NCBI GenBank assembly: GCA_964016885.1
Contig: OZ024740.1
Location: forward strand, 423,956,001-424,020,000
DNA length: 64,000 bases
Direction: 5' to 3'
Source: Eledone cirrhosa
Lineage: Eukaryota
Below, piece by piece: positions 28,001 through 42,799 of this stretch. Position 1 is the first letter of the stretch. The number at the start of each line of letters is the position of its first letter. The notes below the pieces were generated by a model, which saw nothing but the letters and a program-made list of their open reading frames with translations, made no database searches and was not told the origin of the DNA. The position numbers and the translations under genes were made by a program.

Positions 28001-31000
28001 TCTGACAACACCTTTCACTCCAATATCAGTGGTCAGCAGCTCTAACAACACCTTTCACTCCAATATCAGTGGTCAGAAGCTCTAACTACAATACCTTTCA
28101 CTCCAATATTAGTGGTCAGCAGCTCTAACACCTTTCACTCCAATATCAGTGGTCAGCAGCTCTAACAACAATACCTTTCACTCCAATATCAGTGGTCAGT
28201 AGCTCTAACAATACCTTTCACTCCAATATCAGTGGTCAGCAGCTCTAACAACACATTTCACTCCAATATCAGTGGTTAGTAGCTCTAACAATACCTTTCA
28301 CTCCAATATCACTGGTCAGTAACTCTAACAACAACTTTCACTCCAATATCAGTGGTCAGCAGCTCTAAAAACAACTATACCTTTCACTCCAATATCAGTG
28401 GTCAGTAGCTCTAACAACAGCTATCACTCCAATATCAGAGGTCAGTAGCTCTAACAACAACACCTTTCACTCCAATATCAGTGGTCAGCAGCTCTAACAA
28501 TAACTTTCACTCCAATATCAGTGGTCAGTAGCTCTAACAACAATACCTTTCACTCCTATATCAGTGGTCAGCAGCTCTAACACCTTTCACTCCAATATCA
28601 GTGGTCAGCAGCTCTAACAACAATACCTTTCACTCCAATATCAGTGGTCAGCATCTCTAACACCAATACCTTTCACTCCAATATCACTGGTCAGTAGCTC
28701 TAACAACAATAACTTTCACTCCAATATCAGTGGTCAGCAGCTCTAACAACACCTTTCACTCCAATATCAGTGGTCAGTAGCTCTAACAACACCTTTCACT
28801 CCAATATCAGTGGTCAGTAGCTCTAACAACAACACCTTTCACTCCAATATCAGTGGTCAGTAGCTCTATCTACAATACCTTTCACTCCAATATCAGTGGT
28901 CAGTAGCTCTAACAACACCTTTCACTCCAATATCAGTGGTGAGTAGCTCTAACAACAACAATACCTTTCACTCCAATATCAGTGGTCAGTAGCTCTAACA
29001 CCTTTCACTCCAATATCAGTGGTCAGTAGCTCTAACAACAACAATACCTTTCACTCCAATATCAGTGGTCAGTAGCTCTAACAACACCTTTCACTCCAAT
29101 ATCAGTGGTGAGTAGCTCTAACAACAACAATACCTTTCACTCCAATATCAGTGGTCAGTAGCTCTAACACCTTTCACTCCAATATCAGTGGTCAGTAGCT
29201 CTAACAACAACAATACCTTTCACTCCAATATCAGTGGTCAGCAGCTCTAACAACAACAATACCTTTCACTCCAATATCAGTGGTCAGTAGCTCTAACAAC
29301 AACACCTATCACTCCAATATCAGTGGTCAGTAGCTCTAACAACAACAACACCTTTCACTCCAATATCAGTGGTCAGTAGCTCTAACTACAACACCTTTCA
29401 CTCCAATATCAGTGGTCAGTAGCTCTAACAACACCTTTCACTCCAATATCAGTGGTCAGCAGCTCTAACAACAACACCTTTCACTCCTATATCAGTGGTC
29501 AGTAGCTCTAACAACAACAATATCTTTCACTCCAATATTAGTGGTCAGTAGCTCTAACAAAACCTTTCACTCCAATATCAGTGGTCACCAGCTCTAACAA
29601 CACCTTTCACTCCAATATCAGTGGTCAGTAGCTCTAACAACAACACCTTTCACTCCAATATCAGTGGTCAGTAGCTGGAACAACAACACCTTTCACTCCA
29701 ATATCAGTGGTCAGTAGCTCTAACAACAATACCTTTCACTCCAATATCAGTGGTCAGTAGCTCTAACAATACCTTTCACTCCAATATCAGTGGTCAGTAG
29801 CTCTAACAACAACACCTTTCACTCCAATATCAGTGGTCAGTAGCTCTAACAACAATACCTTTCACTCCAATATCAGTGGTCAGTAGCTCTAACAACAATA
29901 CCTTTCACTCCAATATCAGTGGTCAGTAGCTCTAACACCTTTCACTCCAATATCAGTGGTCAGCAGCTCTAACAACAACACCTTTCACTCCAATATCAGT
30001 GATCAGCAGCTCTAACAACAACACCTTTCACTCCTATATCAGTGGTCAGCAGCTCTAACAACAACACCTTTCACTCCAATATCAGTGGTCAGTAGCTCTA
30101 ACAACAACACCTTTCACTCCAATATCAGTGGTCAGCAGCTCTAACAACACCTTTCACTCCAATATCAGTGGTCAGCAGCTCTAACAACAACACCTTTCAC
30201 TCCAATATCAGTGGTCAGCAGCTCTAACAGCAATACCTTTCACTCCTATATCAGTGGTCAGCAGCTCTAACAACAACACCTTTCACTCCAATATCAGTGG
30301 TCAGTAGCTCTAACAACAACACCTTTCACTCCAATATCAGTGGTCAGCAGCTCTAACAACACCTTTCACTCCAATATCAGGTCAGCAGCTCTAACAACAC
30401 CTTTCACTCCAATATCAGTGGCCAGTAGCTCTAACAACACCTTTCACTCCAATATCAGTGGTCAGTAGCTCTAACAACACCTTTCACTCCAATATCAGTG
30501 GTCAGTAGCTCTAACTACACCTTTCACTCCAATATCATTGGTCAGCAGCTCTAACAACAACAACACCTTTCACTCCAATATCAGTGGTCAGTAGCTCTAA
30601 CAACACCTTTCACTCCAATATCAGTGGTCAGTAGCTCTAACAACAACACCTTTCACTCCAATATCAGTGGTGAGTAGCTCTAACAACAACAATACCTTTC
30701 ACTCCAATATCAGTGGTCAGTAGCTCTAACAACAACAATACCTTTCACTCCAATATCAGTGGTCAGTAGCTCTAACAACACCTTTCACTCCAATATCAGT
30801 GGTCAGCAGCTCTAACAACAACAATACCTTTCACTCCAATATCAGTGGTCAGTAGCTCTAACAACAACAATACCTTTCACTCCAATATCAGTTGTCAGTA
30901 GCTCTAACAACACCTTTCACTCCAATATCAGTGGTCAGCAGCTCTAACAACAATACCTTTCACTCCAATATCAGTGGTCAGTAGCTCTAACAACAATACC

Positions 31001-34000
31001 TATCACTCCAATATCAGTGGTCAGTAGCTCTAACAACAACAACACCTTTCACTCCAATATCAGTGGTCAGTAGCTCTAACTACAACACCTTTTACTCCAA
31101 TATCAGTGGTCAGTAGCTCTAACACCTTTCACTCTAATATCAGTAGTCAGTAGCTCTAACAACAATACCTTTCACTCCAATATCAGTGGTCAGCAGCTCT
31201 AACAACAATACCTTTCACTCCAATATCAGTGGTCAGCAGCTCTAACAACAATACCTTTCACTCCAATATCAGTGGTCAGTAGCTCTAACAACACCTTTCA
31301 CTCCAATATCAGTGGTCAGCAGCTCTAACAACAATACCTTTCACTCCAATATCAGTGGTCAGTAGCTCTAACAACAATACCTTTCACTCCAATATCAGTG
31401 GTCAGTAGCTCTAAAAACACCTTTCACTCCAATATCAGTGGTCAGCAGCTCTAACAACAATACCTTTCACTCCAATATCAGTGGTCAGTAGCTCTAACAA
31501 CAATACCTTTCACTCCAATATCAGTGGTCAGTAGCTCTAACAACACCTTTCACTCCAATATCAGTGGTCAGCAGCTCTAACAACAATACCTTTCACTCCT
31601 ATATCAGTGGTCAGCAGCTCTAACAACAACAATATCTTTCACTCCAATATTAGCGGTCAGTAGCTCTAACAACACCTTTCACTCCAATATCAGTGGTCAC
31701 CAGCTCTAACAACACCTTTCACTCCAATATCAGTGGTCAGTAGCTCTAACAACACCTTTCACTCCAATATCAGTGGTCAGTAGCTGGAACAACAACACCT
31801 TTCACTCCAATATCAGTGGTCAGTAGCTCTAACAACAATACCTTTCACTCCAATATCAGTGGTCAGTAGCTCTAACAACAATACCTTTCACTCCAATATC
31901 AGTGGTCAGTAGCTCTAACAACACCTTTCACTCCAATATCAGTGGTCAGTAGCTCTAACAACAACACCTTTCACTCCAATATCAGTGGTCAGCAGCTCTA
32001 ACAACAATACCTTTCACTCCTATATCAGTGGTCAGTAGCTCTAACAACACCTTTCACTCCAATATCAGTGGTCAGTAGCTCTAACAACAACACCTTTCAC
32101 TCCAATATCAGTGGTCAGCAGCTCTAACAACAACACCTTTCACTCCAATATCAGTGGTCAGCAGCTCTAACAATACCTTTCACTCCTATATCAGTGGTCA
32201 GCAGCTCTAACAACAACAATATCTTTCACTCCAATATCAGTGGTCAGCAGCTCTAACAACACCTTTCACTCCAATATCAGTGGTCAGCAGCTCTAACAAC
32301 ACCTTTCACTCCAATATCAGTGGTCAGCAGCTCTAACACCTTTCACTCCAATATCAGTGGTCAGCGATCTAACATCAATACCTTTCACTCCAATATCACT
32401 GGTCAGTAGCTATAACACCTTTCACTCCAATATCAGTGGTCAGCAGCTCTAACAATACCTTTCACTCCAATATCACTGGTTAGTAGATCTAACAACACCT
32501 TTCACTCCAATATCAGTGGTCAGTAGCTCTAACAACACCTTTCACTCAAATATCAGTGGTCAGTAGCTCTAACAACACCTTTCACTCCAATATCAGTGGT
32601 CAGCAGCTCTAACAATACCTTTCACTCCAATATCACTGGTTAGTAGATCTAACAACACCTATCACTGCAATATCAGTGGTCAGCAGCTCTAACACCTTTC
32701 ACTCCGATATCAGTGGTCAATAGCTCTAACAACAATACCTTTCACTCCAATATCAGTGGTCATCAGCTCTGACAACACCTTTCACTCCAATATCAGTGGT
32801 CAGCAGCTCTAACAACACCTTTCACTCCAATATCAGTGGTCAGAAGCTCTAACTACAATACCTTTCACTCCAATATTAGTGGTCAGCAGCTCTAACACCT
32901 TTCACTCCAATATCAGTGGTCAGTAGCTGGAACAACACCTTTCACTCCAATATCAGTGGTCAGTAGCTCTAACACCTTTCACTCCAATATCAGTGGTCAG
33001 TAGCTGGAACACCTTTCACTCCAATATCAGTGGTCAGTAGCTCTAACAACAATACCTTTCACTCCAATATCAGTGGTCAGTAGCTGGAACACCTTTCACT
33101 CCAATATCAGTGGTCAGTAGCTCTAACAACAATACCTTTCACTCCAATATCAGTGGTCAGTAGCTCTAACAACAATATTTTTCACTCCAATATCAGTGGT
33201 CAGCAGCTCTAACACCTTTCACTCCAATATCAGTGGTCAGCAGCTCTAACAACAACAATATCTTTCACTCCGATATTAGTGGTCAGTAGCTCTAACACCT
33301 TTCACTCCAATATCAGTGGTCAGCAGCTCTAACACCTTTCACTCCAATATCAGTGGTCAGCGATCTAACAACAATACCTTTCACTCCAACATCACTGGTC
33401 AGTAGCTCTAACAACGCCTTTCACTCCAATATCAGTGGTCAGTAGCTCTAACAACAATACCTTTCACTCCAATATCACTGGTCAGTAGTTCTAACAACAC
33501 CTTTCACTCCAATATCAGTGGTCAGCAGCTCTAACGCCTTTCACTCCAATATCACTGGTCAGTAGCTCTAACAACAACAACACCTTTCACTCCAATATCA
33601 GTGGTCAGTAGCTCTAACAACAACACTTTTCACTCCAATATCAGTGGTCAGCAGCTCTAACAACACCTTTCACTCCAATATCAGTGGTCAGTAGCTGGAA
33701 CAACACCTTTCACTCCAATATCAGTGGTCAGCAGCTCTAACAACAATACCTTTCACTCCAATATCAGTGGTCAGTAGCTCTAACAACACCTTTCACTCCA
33801 ATATCAGTGGTCAGTAGCTCTAACAACAATACCTTTCACTCCAATATCAGTGGTCAGTAGCTCTAACAACAATACCTTTCACTCCAATATCAGTGGTCAG
33901 TAGCTCTAACAACACCTTTCACTCCAATATCAGTGGTCAGTAGCTCTAACAACACCTTTCACTCCAATATCAGTGGTCAGTAGCTCTAACACCTTTCACT

Positions 34001-37000
34001 CCAATATCAGTGGTCAGTAGCTCTAACAACAATACCTTTCACTCCAATATCAGTGGTCAGCAGCTCTAACAATACCTTTCACTCCAATATCAGTGGTCAG
34101 TAGCTCTAACAACAATACCTTTCATTCCAATATCAGTGGTCAGTAGCTCTAACAACAATACCTTTCATTCCAATATCAGTGGTCAGTAGCTCTAACAACA
34201 ACACCTTTCATTCCAATATCAGTGGTCAGTAGCTCTAACAACAATACCTTTCACTCCAATATCAGTGGTCAGTAGCTCTAACAACAATACCTTTCATTCC
34301 AATATCAGTGGTCAGCAGCTCTAACAACAATACCTTTCATTCCAATATCAGTGGTCAGTAGCTCTAACAACAATACCTTTCATTCCAATATCAGTGGTCA
34401 GTAGCTCTAACAACAATACCTTTCACTCCAATATCAGTGGTCAGCAGCTCTAACAATACCTTTCACTCCAATATCAGTGGTCAGCAGCTCTAACAATACC
34501 TTTCACTCCAATATCAGTGGTCAGTAGCTCTAACAACAATACCTTTCATTCCAATATCAGTGGTCAGTAGCTCTAACAACAATACCTTTCATTCCAATAT
34601 CAGTGGTCAGTAGCTCTAACAACAACACCTTTCATTCCAATATCAGTGGTCAGTAGCTCTAACAACAATACCTTTCATTCCAATATCAGTGGTCAGTAGC
34701 TCTAACAACAATACCTTTCACTCCAATATCAGTGGTCAGTAGCTCTAACAACAATACCTTTCATTCCAATATCAGTGGTCAGTAGCTCTAACAACAATAC
34801 CTTTCACTCCAATATCAGTGGTCAGCAGCTCTAACAATACCTTTCACTCCAATATCAGTGGTCAGCAGCTCTAACAACAATACCTTTCATTCCAATATCA
34901 GTGGTCAGTAGCTCTAACAACAATACCTTTCATTCCAATATCAGTGGTCAGTAGCTCTAACAACAATACCTTTCACTCCAATATCAGTGGTCAGCAGCTC
35001 TAACAACAATACCTTTCATTCCAATATCAGTGGTCAGTAGCTCTAACAACAATACCTTTCACTCCAATATCAGTGGTCAGTAGCTCTAACAACAATACCT
35101 TTCATTCCAATATCAGTGGTCAGTAGCTCTAACAACAATACCTTTCACTCCAATATCAGTGGTCAGCAGCTCTAACAACAATACCTTTCATTCCAATATC
35201 AGTGGTCAGTAGCTCTAACAACAATACCTTTCACTCCAATATCAGTGGTCAGTAGCTCTAACAACAACACCTTTCATTCCAATATCAGTGGTCAGTAGCT
35301 CTAACAACAATACCTTTCATTCCAATATCAGTGGTCAGCAGCTCTAACAACAATACCTTTCACTCCAATATCAGTGGTCAGTAGCTCTAACAACAATACC
35401 TTTCATTCCAATATCAGTGGTCAGTAGCTCTAACAACAATACCTTTCACTCCAATATCAGTGGTCAGCAGCTCTAACAATACCTTTCACTCCAATATCAG
35501 TGGTCAGCAGCTCTAACAACAATACCTTTCATTCCAATATCAGTGGTCAGTAGCTCTAACAACAATACCTTTCATTCCAATATCAGTGGTCAGTAGCTCT
35601 AACAACAATACCTTTCACTCCAATATCAGTGGTCAGCAGCTCTAACAACAATACCTTTCACTCCAATATCAGTGGTCAGCAGCTCTAACAACAATACCTT
35701 TCATTCCAATATCAGTGGTCAGTAGCTCTAACAACAATACCTTTCACTCCAATATCAGTGGTCAGTAGCTCTAACAACAATACCTTTCACTCCAATATCA
35801 GTGGTCAGTAGCTCTAACAACAATACCTTTCACTCCAATATCAGTGGTCAGTAGCTCTAACAACAATACCTTTCACTCCAATATCAGTGGTCAGTAGCTC
35901 TAACAACACCTTTCATTCCAATATCAGTGGTCAGTAGCTCTAACAACAATACCTTTCATTCCAATATCAGTGGTCAGCAGCTCTAACAATACCTTTCACT
36001 CCAATATCAGTGGTCAGCAGCTCTAACAACAATACCTTTCATTCCAATATCAGTGGTCAGTAGCTCTAACAACAATACCTTTCACTCCAATATCAGTGGT
36101 CAGCAGCTCTAACAACACCTTTCACTCCAATATCAGTGGTCAGTAGCTCTAACACCTATCACTCCAATATCAGTGGTCAGTAGCTCTAACAACAATACCT
36201 TTCACTCCAATATCAGTGGTCAGCAGCTCTAACAATACCTTTCACTCCAATATCAGTGGTCAGTAGCTCTAACAACAATACCTTTCATTCCAATATCAGT
36301 GGTCAGTAGCTCTAACAACAATACCTTTCACTCCAATATCAGTGGTCAGTAGCTCTAACAACAATACCTTTCACTCCAATATCAGTGGTCAGTAGCTCTA
36401 ACAACAATACCTTTCATTCCAATATCAGTGGTCAGCAGCTCTAACAACAATACCTTTCATTCCAATATCAGTGGTCAGTAGCTCTAACAACAATACCTTT
36501 CATTCCAATATCAGTGGTCAGTAGCTCTAACAATACCTTTCATTCCAATATCAGTGGTCAGTAGCTCTAACAACAATACCTTTCATTCCAATATCAGTGG
36601 TCAGCAGCTCTAACAACAATACCTTTCACTCCAATATCAGTGGTCAGCAGCTCTAACAACAATACCTTTCACTCCAATATCAGTGGTCAGTAGCTCTAAC
36701 AACAACACCTTTCATTCCAATATCAGTGGTCAGCAGCTCTAACAACAATACCTTTCATTCCAATATCAGTGGTCAGTAGCTCTAACAACAATACCTTTCA
36801 CTCCAATATCAGTGGTCAGTAGCTCTAACACCTTTCACTCCAATATCAGTGGTCAGTAGCTCTAACAACAATACCTTTCACTCCAATATCAGTGGTCAGT
36901 AGCTCTAACAACAACACCTATCACTCCAATATCAGTGGTCAGTAGCTCTAACAACAATACCTTTCACTCCAATATCAGTGGTCAGTAGCTCTAACAACAA

Positions 37001-38061
37001 CAACTTTCACTCCAATATCAGTGGTCAGTAGCTCTAACAACAATACCTTTCACCCCAATATCAGTGGTCAGTAGCTCTAACAACAATACCTTTCACCCCA
37101 ATATCAGTGGTCAGTAGCTCTAACAACAACACCTTTCACCCCAATATCAGTGGTCAGTAGCTCTAACAATAATACCTTTCACCCCAATATCAGTGGTCAG
37201 TAGCTCTAACAACAATACCTTTCACTCCAATATCAGTGGTCAGTAGCTCTAACAACAATACCTTTCACTCCAATATCAGTGGTCAGTAGCTCTAACAACA
37301 ACACCTTTCACCCCAATATCAGTGGTCAGTAGCTCTAACAACAATACCTTTCACTCCAATATCAGTGGTCAGTAGCTCTAACAACACCTTTCACTCCAAT
37401 ATCAGTGGTCAGTAGCTCTAACAACACCTTTCACCCCAATATCAGTGGTCAGTAGCTCTAACAACAACACCTTTCACCCCAATATCAGTGGTCAGTAGCT
37501 CTAACAACAACACCTTTCACCCCAATATCAGTGGTCAGTAGCTCTAACAATAATACCTTTCACCCCAATATCAGTGGTCAGTAGCTCTAACAACAATACC
37601 TTTCACTCCAATATCAGTGGTCAGTAGCTCTAACAATAATACCTTTCACTCCAATATCAGTGGTCAGTAGCTCTAACAACAATACCTTTCACTCCAATAT
37701 CAGTGGTCAGTAGCTCTAACAACAACACCTTTCACCCCAATATCAGTGGTCAGTAGCTCTAACAACAACACCTTTCACCCCAATATCAGTGGTCAGTAGC
37801 TCTAACAACACCTTTCACCCCAATATCAGTGGTCAGTAGCTCTAACAACAACACCTTTCACTCCAATATCAGTGGTCAGTAGCTCTAACAACAACACCTT
37901 TCACCCCAATATCAGTGGTCAGTAGCTCTAACAACACCTTTCACCCCAATATCAGTGGTCAGTAGCTCTAACAACAATACCTTTCACCCCAATATCAGTG
38001 GTCAGTAGCTCTAACAACACCTTTCACTCCAATATCAGTGGTCAGTAGCTCTAACAACAAC
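19046..38061. repeat. 19-kb tandem satellite; unit CCTTTCACTCCAATATCAGTGGTCAG(T/C)AGCTCT + AACA(ACA)0-3 (37/40/43/46 bp), about 450 copies
   Basis: Continuous tandem array read directly; copy number estimated from length divided by unit size. Confidence 0.98.
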
Positions 38062-38589
38062 ATGGCACTGCATCTCCAAGACAATACTGAAGTGCATGAA
38101 ACTCCACTAATGCTTATATCAGTTTGAAGGAAGTGAAGAACTCTAATATTTACATTTATTTAAAGGAAGTGAAGAGCTCTCTAAAGTAAATACCAAGCAA
38201 CCTCTACAGTTCATGTTCACATTGAACTTTCACCTCTGTGCTGCTGAATTTTATTAATATTTCCCCAGGTTCTTTAAAAAGTGGCTGCTGGACATATTCC
38301 ATCAACAAAGATAAATATCTATGATTTAATCATTGTAGGAATAAATGATAATATTTTACATTTGGAGTTGTTTATGATGTTTGTGTGACTATGTCTCTTG
38401 CATTTAATTTATCAACAATTTTTACTTTTCATGAAGCTGTTTTTTTTTTAATTATTATGTAATTAATAAACAACAATGATTGCATAACATTTTTAACACA
38501 ACTACATCCCATTAAAAACTAAAGCCTTTCTTGCAATACTGCCAATCTGCATAACAGTTTCTGCTCAATCTTTACTGGGTGTTAAGAGT

Positions 38590-38800
38590 TAATAATGATT
38601 TCTGAATTAGGCACAAGGTCAACAATTTTGGAGGAGGGGAGGGAAAGTCTATATTAAATCAACCTCAGTGATTTACTGGTACTTCATTTTATTGAACCTG
38701 TAAAGGCAAATCTAAATTGAACTCAGAATGTAAAGAGCCGGAACAAACACCACAATGGCATTTTATCCAATGCTCTACCGACCGTGCTAATCCACTACTT
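38590..38800 (-). mobile_element. Diverged SINE family A
   Basis: GGCACAAGG...ACTGGTACTT..TTTATTGA...TTGAACTCAGAA. Confidence 0.7.
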
Positions 38801-39730
38801 TGTTAAGAGTTGATAATGTAACCAATTTTTTATATTCAGTTTGTTGCTTACTAATGTTAGAAATGTAAATAAATACAGATATAAACTGAAATATGGCCGA
38901 GAGAACCAAGAATGTGAGACCCATCTGTATTTCTTATGTTAAACATTCCCCTGGTGTGTTTTCCTTCAGCCATGTTGCTAATTATGAAATCAGCATCACA
39001 ACACTATCAGTTTTAGTTTTTCCAGCTGAATTCAATATGCTTCCTTGAAGAGGTTTAATAAACCTGAAACATGTCCTTTGCTTCCATTTGTTGGCTAGAT
39101 CCACTCCAACCATTGTCTGTATCATCTCTAAATTTTAACTAACTGATCTTATTGTGGTTATCTCCCTTACTTTTTAAAAAGATTTTAAGCACAGTTGGAA
39201 GGAGCTTTTGTCTAATAAATACATGTACAATATTACATGTCTCAGATTCTACCACAAACAAACACAATACGAGATAATGATGGGGCCTCTAAGCTGTCAC
39301 TAGCTCAAACAACTAGAAATATAATCTAAATATTTCTCAAACACTCTTCTGTTGTTGTATTTGTAAAAAAAAGGAATACACTGAATAATCAATCTAGACA
39401 TTGAGATCATATAATCATATAGCTGCAAACAAGATGAGATGGTCATTGCTAAGACGTCTTTGATTACAGGTCTGCTTGATCAGAATTGAACAGGAGTTAT
39501 ACAGCAGCTGCCCACACCATTTAGTAAAGATTCATTAATTGTAAGTTTAAGATCTTCACACCAATAATTATAAAGAACACCAATGATTTTAGGCTCAGTT
39601 ATGACAGCAGAGCTTTCATAATTGAATGACCTGGTCAATAATTAGGTAGCTACTGGCTACTACTGGTTGAATATATAATAAAGGCATATAGTAATATATA
39701 TATATATATATATGTATATATAATCAACAG

Positions 39731-40075
39731 TGGAGGCACGTGGCCTAGTGGTAAGTGTGTTGGGCTTATGATCATAATGTCATGGGTTCGATTCCTGGAC
39801 TGGGTTGTGTTGTGTTTTTGAGCAAGACACTTCATTTCATGTTGCTCCAGTATATTCAGCTGAAAATGAGTACCAGCAATAACTGGGGGTTTAATCTTGC
39901 ATGGACTGGCATCCTGTCCTTGTACTCTCAGTCACTTAACACCATAGAAACTGAGATAAGCACCAGCCTGATGAGCCTTTAACCCTGTGATGGACTGGCA
40001 TCCTCTCCAGTGTGGAGTCTTGTACTCTCAGGCACTTAACATCATAGAAACAGAGATAAGTGCTGGCCTGATGAG
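39731..40075 (+). mobile_element. tRNA-derived SINE family B with duplicated 3' module
   Basis: A-box TGGCCTAGTGG, B-box GGTTCGATTCC, then TTGAGCAAGACACTT. Tail module ATGGACTGGCATCC...CCTGATGAG occurs twice. Confidence 0.8.
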
Positions 40076-40143
40076 TCTCCGGGTTCGAAACTCTAAACTT
40101 TTTGTAATCAACAATACAGAAAAGAAAAAAAGGAAAAAATCTA

Positions 40144-40431
<288 letters not shown>

Positions 40432-40869
40432 TTATAGCTTCCCCTCATGTTCAGGCTTGACTGGAACTGTATTGAAAACACCTGTTGTTGGAGTTTTTGT
40501 CTAAGTGCTGCTGCTGTGGAGGATGTGGAAGGAAACATGACTGAAGACTGCTCAACACTTCCTTGGTATGCTTTCTATGATTGGATGTTCTTCCTAACAC
40601 TAACAACTTTATAGGGTGTACTTGGTGCATTTTATTGTGATACCAGTATTAAAGCTTTTGTCAGTCAATGTCACAACTGAAGAGCCCTCCCTACCCTACG
40701 GAGTGAAAGGGGTGATGACATGTCCCTAGTGAGCTGTGTTAGGAGGAGGGTAGGGGATGATGACATGTCCCAAGTGAGCTGTGCTTAGGGGGTTATGATA
40801 TGTCTCAGGTGAGCTGTGTTTAGGAGGAGGAAGTGTGAGTAAGAAGGTTGGTTGATAACTATGATATCA

Positions 40870-41300
40870 GGTGACAATAGATGGGGGAAGAGAGGATGAT
40901 ATGTGTGATGTCATGAATGTATGACATGTGTGGTGGGATTTAAAGGGGGTAATGTAACAGAGAAAAGGGGAAAGAAAGAATGTCATGAGTACAGGACAAT
41001 TGTAACAGTATTGGCAGGGTGATATGAGTTCCCATGGACAGCCAGTCTTAAAATAATCTGCTATGGCTAGGAGGCCTTTAATAAACAGAATGGGGTTGAG
41101 GACCCAGTCTTGGACACTAAATTTATCATTGTATTTCATTGTTAACTCTGTATCTTTGTCTCTATGGCCTTTACAAGCCATTCATGTACTTCTAGTTTTC
41201 AAAGATCCCATGAGATTACAGAGTGAGATATCCTTTGAAAGATTTCCCCAGGTCAACAAATGCAAGGTAGAAAGGTCTACTCATAGCTAAATACCTCTGC
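40870..41300 (-). pseudogene. Highly degraded RTE RT fragment
   Basis: VQDWVLNPILFI...FKTGCPWEL, resembling VHQGSVLSPLLFI...FKTGCPWEL. Confidence 0.7.
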
Positions 41301-42050
41301 TATAGTAGGAACTTTATCCTTGTTCTTTGTGTGTAGCTGGATTGTGTTGACTGTTTTACTGGTGGCCAAGTAAACACACAGACACAGTCATAATTGCACA
41401 CTATAAATAAATGAAGTTGTTTTTTGAAAACTCATACGTATGTGCACAAACTCGTCTTCTGATTGATATCAGCTTCATGGTAACTAAGGCAACACAAAAA
41501 AAAAAAAAACAAACAGCCAGCCAGCATTGATAAAAAATTAAATTTCTAGCCAAGAACTGGAATTAGCCGATTTAAAGCCAACCATTTACTTGGATATATA
41601 ATTCTTGACATAGCTACGAAAATAACTACACTCAAATACAAGGACATTGCTTTTTAAATAACTCTGGGAAACTCAAAATACTTTGAGATACAATGAAAAG
41701 CATTAAACTATTGATAATTCCTTTCTCATTATTTTGGCCACATTCAGGGCAGTGGATTGCCACACACACACATCCTGGAGAACAGATGTAGCATAGAAAC
41801 ATTCTATACTGGGCTGGAGGCAGGGGAAATTTAGATGGCAGGGTGAACTGGAGGATGAACTTTGTCATGGAACCAGTAACAGATGTATAGATGAAGATAA
41901 ATATAACGAGAGAGAGAGAGAGAGAGGGGGATAAAGAGAGAGAGAGAGAAAGGGAGAGAGATATTATATTTGATTTTTTTTAAAATAACACAGAAACAAG
42001 AATGAAAATAAAAACAAAATATATAATAAAAACATAGCATTGACTCTTAC

Positions 42051-42241
42051 CTGGCATCTAAAAATCTGGATCGTAATATCATAACTGCTTCACATGTGCT
42101 TTGTTTCAACTGCATCTCAATTGCTGCAAATTTTTTCCGAATTATGCTAACCATACGTTCTATTTCTTTAGGAGCAATTGGACGAGTGCGACTTTGCTCC
42201 CGTAGTAAATTTATTACATGACTGGTAAACTCATTACACGC
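42051..42241 (-). CDS. PBX: PBX/extradenticle exon: PBC-B domain ([22 protein letters not shown]...[19 protein letters not shown])
   Basis: Canonical ttgcag acceptor and GTAAGA donor. 191 nt; phases join both neighbouring exons in frame. Confidence 0.97.
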
Positions 42242-42799
42242 CTGCAAATAAAGAAAAAGATACATAAGAAAAATAAAATTAAATGAAAAAAATGAGAAGT
42301 TTCAAAAAGCTGGTACAATGCAGTAGAAACATATAAAGGACAAAGGATGACAAATAAAACAAAAGTAATGTTTTACCCAGTATATTGCAACATGATATTT
42401 CAAGGCTAATACCCTCTTGTCAAATATAAAATGAAAATGATTCAAAACAAAAATGAACGATTGATGTGTTCTTCCCTAACTGGTCTAAGTGAAAAATACA
42501 AGATAAGATTATATTGTAAAGGTTTCTTTCTTGGGAATGGCTGAGTTATTAAGAAGTTTGTTTTACAATCACAGGGGCTCAGACTGGGCCCTACATTGTG
42601 GTATTTTGGGCAAGTGCCCTGTAATACAGCTTTGGGTTGATCAAAACCTTGTGAGTGAAATTGGGTAAACAGAAGCTATAAACACATTTGTGGAATACTC
42701 AGCCACTTCAATGTATTGGTTATTCAGTTGATCTAACAACTAAATGTTCATAGGTCTTTTTTAACAGGTAAATTTAACAGGTAAGGGACTAATAATCAC

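Noticed and set aside
19046-38061. CRISPR-like array
   Set aside because: The spacers are only (ACA)n length variants, not unique sequences; there are no cas genes and the context is eukaryotic
39731-39805. tRNA gene (also 53411-53485)
   Set aside because: A/B boxes continue into a SINE body; no intact cloverleaf
40060-40100. CTGATGA...GAAAC hammerhead candidate
   Set aside because: Stems do not pair; CCTGATGAG is simply the SINE tail motif, also present at 39967
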